The notes beneath the pieces were generated by a model, which was not told the DNA's origin, searched no databases, and was given only the letters and a program-made list of their open reading frames with translations. A program made the translations under genes and the position numbers. A stretch of 63,700 nt of DNA, counting the filler, from Craspedostauros australis (taxonomy: Eukaryota), in assembly GCA_030167865.1 (NCBI GenBank). It is 11 parts of 11 records of this genome, joined end to end, with 100 filler letters (N's around TTAATTAATTAA, not from the genome) between each part and the next. Parts side by side here need not be neighbours in the genome. Positions count along the whole stretch, not along the records: positions 57,910 to 59,471 come from JALAGF010004570.1; positions 59,572 to 62,552 come from JALAGF010004572.1; positions 62,653 to 63,700 come from JALAGF010004605.1; 8 more parts are not named here. One strand, 5' to 3'. Shown here in pieces: positions 57,910 to 63,700 of the stretch; position 1 is the first letter of the stretch; every line of letters starts with the position of its first letter.

Positions 57910-59471
57910 CACTGTGGGTAGCCATAAGCCGGTCAAACGTAATGCGTTGTCCGCGCTTCTCCAGGCTCATCACAACGCCGTGGTTGCTGATGTCGAAGCC
58001 GCTCTCAAGCGCTTTGTTGATGCTGAGAAGGTTCACCCACAAATTGGGCACGAACTTCACGTGCTTGAGGAGGATGGTTGCGGTGGTNNNNNNNNNNNNN
58101 NNNNNNNNNNNNNNNNNNNNNNNNNNNNNNNNNNNNNNNNNNNNNNNNNNNNNNNNNNNNNNNNNNNNNNNNNNNNNNNNNNNNNNNNNNGTCATCCCCT
58201 CGTCGTTGTTGGTCAGGTGGCACGAGGCACCTGAGTCGCCCAACCAAGTGTTTGCCTCATGGCGGTCTGGGGCGAGTGTGATGCGGCGTTCTTCGACGCC
58301 GTCGATGTCGCCGACCACCATTGCCATGTCTGGTTGCGGGTTTCTCTCGCTGTAGACGGGGAGTTCTGGGAACTCACCTGGGCCGCGAACTCCGTAGTGG
58401 CCTGGGTGGTACTTCCACATGACTTGGAGTGCTCCACGCGAGGCCAGGCTCCCGATGAGTCCATGGTGGATGGCTGGCAGCTGCTCCTTCTCCAGCCTTT
58501 CGTTGATGAACGGCATGTTCTTCATGACGTTGAACGGGGTCATCATCCCGATCTCGCGTAGGAGGAAGTAGAGGGTGCGAGCATCCGCGCAAGTGCGTCT
58601 GTCTCTCGACTTGTACTCCTTCACTGTGTCGAGGCATAGTAGGGCAAGCTCGCAGCGCACACTGTCAGCCGGCATGGCGTTGCTCAATGAGTATCGCACT
58701 GCGAGTGCGAGGGACTCCTCCTTTGCGAGCATTGCGCGGCGTTCATCGCGTTCTTCGTGGGTTGTCGGTTTCACCACGTCCGTTCCTTCCGGTAGATCGA
58801 TGAGGAATGGCTGGGCTGGGCAGTCGACGCAGTACGAGTAGATGTACCCTTGTTTGAAGCATAATGGACATGATGCCCATCCTTGGTACATTGCGCGCGC
58901 TGCTACTTCAATCGCCTTCTCGATGGGAGGCTTGTTGGTGGAAAGCGAGAAGATAGGCTCTCTGCAGATGTCTTCCGCTCCGATCACCATTGCCACTTCA
59001 TTGGTAGACTCCTCGTCGGTGCTGACGAGGTCTTCATCGTAGATGACTTCATCGAAGAACCCGTCGTCATCGGTGGACTCGTCTTCGGACGGGAAGAGTT
59101 CGCGGTTGATGCGCTCGGCGGCGACCGCCGGTGGTCCGTAGTGACCATACACCCCTGGGTGGTGGGCCGCCCGCTCTTCAGCTGTCCACTCGGAGCCTTG
59201 GTTTGGCTCTTCGTTGCCTTGGTCGGCCATCTCTTCGTCGGTGGACGTGAGGGCGAGGTCTTCGGTGGTCTCCTCTTCGGGAGGCATCATGGCGTAGTCG
59301 TTGCTCATGTTTTTCTTGATGTTCGCAATTTCTTGGGTTGTTACGAGTCTTGGGTTGGTCACATTTTTGACCTCAGTCGAATCAAGATCGAACTCGTTGG
59401 TGAGGAAGCACAGCATTTCCGTGCTATCCATGGACTTGTCGTCTTCGGGCAACCAGATGGGCTCCTCGATC
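57910..59471 (-). mobile_element. Ty1/copia fragment: long gag-protease spacer and protease
   Basis: WLGDSGASCH and LKHVKFVPNLWVNLLSI. Spacer contains CPLCFKQGYIYSYCVDC. Confidence 0.88.
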
Positions 59472-59571
59472 NNNNNNNNNNNNNNNNNNNNNNNNNNNNN
59501 NNNNNNNNNNNNNNNTTAATTAATTAANNNNNNNNNNNNNNNNNNNNNNNNNNNNNNNNNNNNNNNNNNNN

Positions 59572-59625
<54 letters not shown>
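59572..59625 (+). repeat. (AAC)n microsatellite at contig start
   Basis: About 18 units. Confidence 0.95.
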
Positions 59626-59626
<1 letters not shown>

Positions 59627-60409
59627 GCAACACCAAGGCAGCACCCACCATGAACACATTCGAAGTGGCCTGTCTGGCTGGCAAGACCGAGCATCACAGC
59701 AAAGCAGAGCAGGATACCAACACAGCAGAGATGTAGCTGCAAATCGAAGTATTAGTTATCATATGTTTTAGGTGCACCTGTGATTGGAGTGCCTGTGTGC
59801 ACATCGTCTGCTTGATGGCATGGAGGATTGTGATGTGTGGCATGGTGTGTGATGTTTGTTTTGTGTTTTGTGATGAGTGGTGTGATTTTTGTGACGCGGA
59901 CCGTTTTTTTGTGTCGTGAATGGTGTGCGTGATGGAGCCATCGCGCTGTGAAGCCGTCACGTTGTGTTGTGCCGCTCTGATCGGAAAATTCCAGCCGAAC
60001 CACACACAAAAAACGCTCCAAGGCCTCAACTGCGTCGATCGGAGCGCCAGTACAATCGGTGTGTGTTGCACAAACCCATCGAATGGCAAAGGCTCCTCTT
60101 TGTTGGTACCGCACTTGTACATCTGTACCACATTGTACCATGCTAGTACTCCACTTCCTTTTCATCACACATGTACAACCCTCGCGATCTTTGCTGCCAT
60201 CAAGTCCCAGCGTCTGTGCTCGTCACTGGAGCACCAACGATGCATCCTCTGATCATTCGTCTCTGCTCGTGCCCTGCCGACGGCACTGCCGCTAGCACGA
60301 TCGTCATGTATTGGTAGAGCAGAGGAGAGTGAAGCAGATCGCAACGAATACACACCATACAATGCTCGTATGCTATACTATGCTATGTTGTGATGTGCTA
60401 GTGCAGCTC

Positions 60410-62552
60410 CTATAATATGTTACATACTCGTACACTAAGAGCACAGTCCACTACTCCATGTACTGCTTCGAGCTTGCTAGATGGAGCAGATTGGACTTCC
60501 TCTCTTCTGGGTGCGTCGCCATTGGACGCCTCTTCGTTGATTGTTGCGTCCTCCTTGCCGTCATGCCCGCATTCGTTCCGCTTGGCCTCCTGTCCTGTTT
60601 GTGTTGATTGGATGCTTTGCTCCGTCGCTGCAGAAGGGTCCATCTCTTTGCTGCCATCGTGTGTTGACGAAGACCCCATTACCTGACTGGGATCATCTTG
60701 TGCTGAACATGATCGAGTCTTTGCGCTGGTCTCGTCTTGCGGAGTGGGCACTGCAGATGCAGATGCCGTCTCCGAAATGATGGTTGTTTGTGAAGACTTC
60801 TTGGTGCTGGCATCGGCTTCTTTCGTTTGTGCGTTGTCTCTTGCACGTCCCATGGTGCTGAGAACCCCAATGGTGGCCATCGATGCAACAGCCGGGGCCA
60901 ACAGCTGTGATGAGGTGATGCCCGCCTTCTGCTGACCTTTGCTCTCCTCAGACACCACTGCGCCTTGTTTTGCCCGTGAGTTTGTGGCTGTGGCCGTCGT
61001 GGATTGGGCTGGGTTGTCCACGATTCCATGGGATCCATCTTGTGGCACACAATGCCATCGCCGCTCTCACCGTCGTACACTTCGAAGCTTGTGCTGTCGT
61101 AGTTCACAAGGTCGATGACTGGTGCTGCACCAGCTGGGTTGGTGGTAGACTTGTCGGCGCCAGTGCTGTGTGCTGAATCGCGTGATGCAAGGGCGTCGTC
61201 TCTGTCACCAATCCATGGATCCTCATACGAATGCTTCTCCTCCATGGAGTCGCTGATAACGATGACGCCATTGGAATGACTCTGCGATGGTCGATTCTGC
61301 TGGTGATCATCGTTACCCTTGTTGTCACTGGAGCAGTGGTCATCTTCGTCGTCGAGCACAATGATCTCTTCGACATTTCGCGAGCGGGAGACGCTCTCTG
61401 CTGTTTTTTTTTGCTCGATGGAATAATTCCCAGGTGACGCACCACCCTGGCTTCCGTGGTCGGTGACATCAATTGGGTCATGTCCAGTAGGAGCATCACC
61501 AACATCAGCATTGTTGCAATCCTTTTCTGCATTCATCAACGACTTGGTCATGATTGCTGCGCCGACCCCAAGGACAACTGCTGCACCTGCGGCTACTCCA
61601 GTCGAGGCGTTCTTGGTGACATCGTCCAATGACGACTTCGCTGAGCTGATCGACTTGTGGGATGAGTTACACTCGATGTGACCAGTCGAAACAGTTGCTG
61701 ATGCTTCTTGAGCGGCGTCGGCAACATCGTTTGTTGAGGCCGCAGACGTGTTGTTGGTGTAGCTGCTATTGACAGGATTCGAGTTGGCGCTTGCGCTCGT
61801 CACCACGCTGACTGCAGGGCTGCCGTCAGCTGTGGCTTTGGCTGTGGTCGTGGTCGTGGTTTTGGCCGCAGCTGCCACAGATGCCGCCGTAACGACTGCT
61901 GCGGCCACGCCAATAGCTGCAGTGGTTTTCAATGTGTTGGCGTCGTCGTCCTTGTTGCTGTTGTCATCTTTCCCGAAGCTGCGATCGCTCTGAGTTGTGG
62001 ATGGCCTCGATTGGTCTTGGTGCCCGACCAGTGCCCCAACCTTTTCCAAGTCAGAGTCCAACAGGCTGTTCAAGACGGAGTCATTGAACGACGAAGGGCG
62101 TTCGTTTTCTGCAGAGCTGGAAGACAACTTCCTGGTGGAAGCTGCACCAGATCTCACCGACCGTTCATTCTTGGAGACGGTGAATTCGGAGGCTGTGGAT
62201 TGACCGCTGTTCGTTCCTCGCGCAGGCATGAGAATATCCATGCCCTGGACAACTGGGATGTCATCAGATGAACGTACGGTTTCCACGAGGTGGCCGACTA
62301 TCACTGGGTTGGCTGCACCGGCGACTAGTTCTTGCTCTTCAGATCCTGGTTGACATGCGTCATTGCTGGCAGATTTGTCCTTGTTGCTGGTTTCGTATGA
62401 ACTACCAGCAGCCAGTTTGGCCGCAGCAAGGTCCATGATGTCTTCGAGAGGAACCGGAGGAGGCCTGTTGGTCTCTGTGAGAGGTTCGATGCCTTCTCTC
62501 TGCATCTGCAAGCGAATCATTGCTGCAATCTTCGCCTCGTAGTCAGATGATG
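60410..62552 (-). CDS. Low-complexity Ser/Thr/Ala/Asp-rich hypothetical protein, 5'-partial, with apparent frameshift near 61050
   Basis: Open from the contig edge. Composition continues in the second frame (60410..61048) after ATTGTGTGCCA. Confidence 0.6.
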
Positions 62553-62652
62553 NNNNNNNNNNNNNNNNNNNNNNNNNNNNNNNNNNNNNNNNNNNNTTAA
62601 TTAATTAANNNNNNNNNNNNNNNNNNNNNNNNNNNNNNNNNNNNNNNNNNNN

Positions 62653-63700
62653 GATGTGCTTCTCTGGTTCTTTGTTCTCGTCCTGCATCGACAATCCGAT
62701 GTCGATCGCTGGTGATTCGGTAATGATTGCATTCATCCTGTATAGTCCTGTTGTGCTATAATGAGTGATCTCAATCTCTCCTTCATCTGCAATTTCTTCA
62801 TCATCTGTAGTTTCGTTGTTGGAGTCGTCGATCTCCTCGTCGCTGAGTTCATCACTGTCTTCGTTGGATGATGGATCGCTTTCATATCCTTCTTCCTTTC
62901 GACCTCGTTCGTTGAAGTCTGCGAGCTCACGTAGAGCTCTGGGAATACTCTTCCCTGTAGTTGACTTGGGATTGGTTTCTCCCTTCCTGCCTCGTGCTTC
63001 GTGACGTCGGATCCTCTCCTTTCTAGCTATGTCACGCTTGTTTGGCTTGTTCGGTGGAGGTCTGGATGGTGTACCTTGTGTAGACCTCGCTGGTGTGTTC
63101 GGAGGAGTGACGCCTGTGTCATCGTCGGCTTCGTCGCCGGATGGTAGGATCTCGTCATCCTCATGATTGGATTCGCTCCGATCTTCCTCGTCGTTATGGA
63201 TTAGTTGAGTCACTACTCCATCGTCCTCATTATCCTCATCGTCGCTGTCCGATAGGATATAGTATCTGTTGCTGTCAGCGAAAGAAACTCTCTTCGCTTC
63301 CGATGTTTGACGCGTTGCCGTCTTTGGCGTTGCTCCCTTCCGTCCGATGGTTGTGAAGCCGTCTGCGTCTGTTGTTCCTGTTTCGTTGGATATGTTCGGT
63401 GCTGGTGCCCAGCCACGGAACTGTCCGTATGATTGATTGAGCCACTTGATGTCGCGTGAGCANACGAGTGACTTNGTCGATGGTCTGTACATGTTGTAGA
63501 CCCCTGATGCNTGTTGGTGTGCATATCCGATGAACACCATCTCTTCTCCTCTATTCTTGAGTTTAGCGGTGATCCCGCCGTAGGTAGTCTTCACAACACC
63601 CACCTCTCCGAAAGTACGGAGTGCATCCGCGTATGGTGGATCGTTGCCGAAGAATTGTCGATGTGGTGACTCCTTTTGATTCTTCGCTACGGTGATGTTG
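62653..63700 (-). mobile_element. Ty1/copia pol fragment: integrase end, SH3-like domain and linker to RT
   Basis: LRTFGEVGVV...KLKNRGEEMVFIGYA...VYNMY...SRDIKWL, followed by an acidic linker ending EPEK. Confidence 0.88.

Noticed and set aside
21845..63700. Joining the copia fragments on different contigs into one element, or reading gene clusters across contigs
   Set aside because: Contig order is artificial, and the two gag-protease spacers differ.

Overview
This is eukaryotic genomic DNA, most likely from a diatom (inferred from GT-AG introns, CoDi-type Ty1/copia elements and diatom-typical gene families). The window is 11 contigs/scaffolds joined by ten artificial 100-nt linkers (N44-TTAATTAATTAA-N44), so adjacency across linkers means nothing. 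Host genes: a spliced triosephosphate isomerase with an N-terminal hydrophobic extension, an FGE-sulfatase-fold protein, a 2OG-Fe(II) oxygenase fused to an 8-repeat beta-propeller, a CSRNP-N-like low-complexity protein, a 4-exon EGF-repeat type-I membrane protein, a WW+CD225 protein, an alpha/beta hydrolase, an ankyrin-BTB protein, a GT31-like glycosyltransferase, a PTSA-repeat secreted protein, a STAND-like ATPase, a TruA-like fragment and an M11 gametolysin-like GPI protein. Roughly a third of the window is Ty1/copia and PIF/Harbinger-like elements. The standout is the copia-like element at ~55325-57809. It has a putative 5' LTR containing a 114-aa ORF, a UUCG hairpin and a stem enclosing AATAAA, and a bipartite PBS complementary to the 5' half of tRNA-Gln(CUG). 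Its gag and pol are in the same frame, separated by a single UGA followed by the readthrough context CAAUCA and a structured 3' region. All family assignments are by-eye motif recognition; no searches were run.
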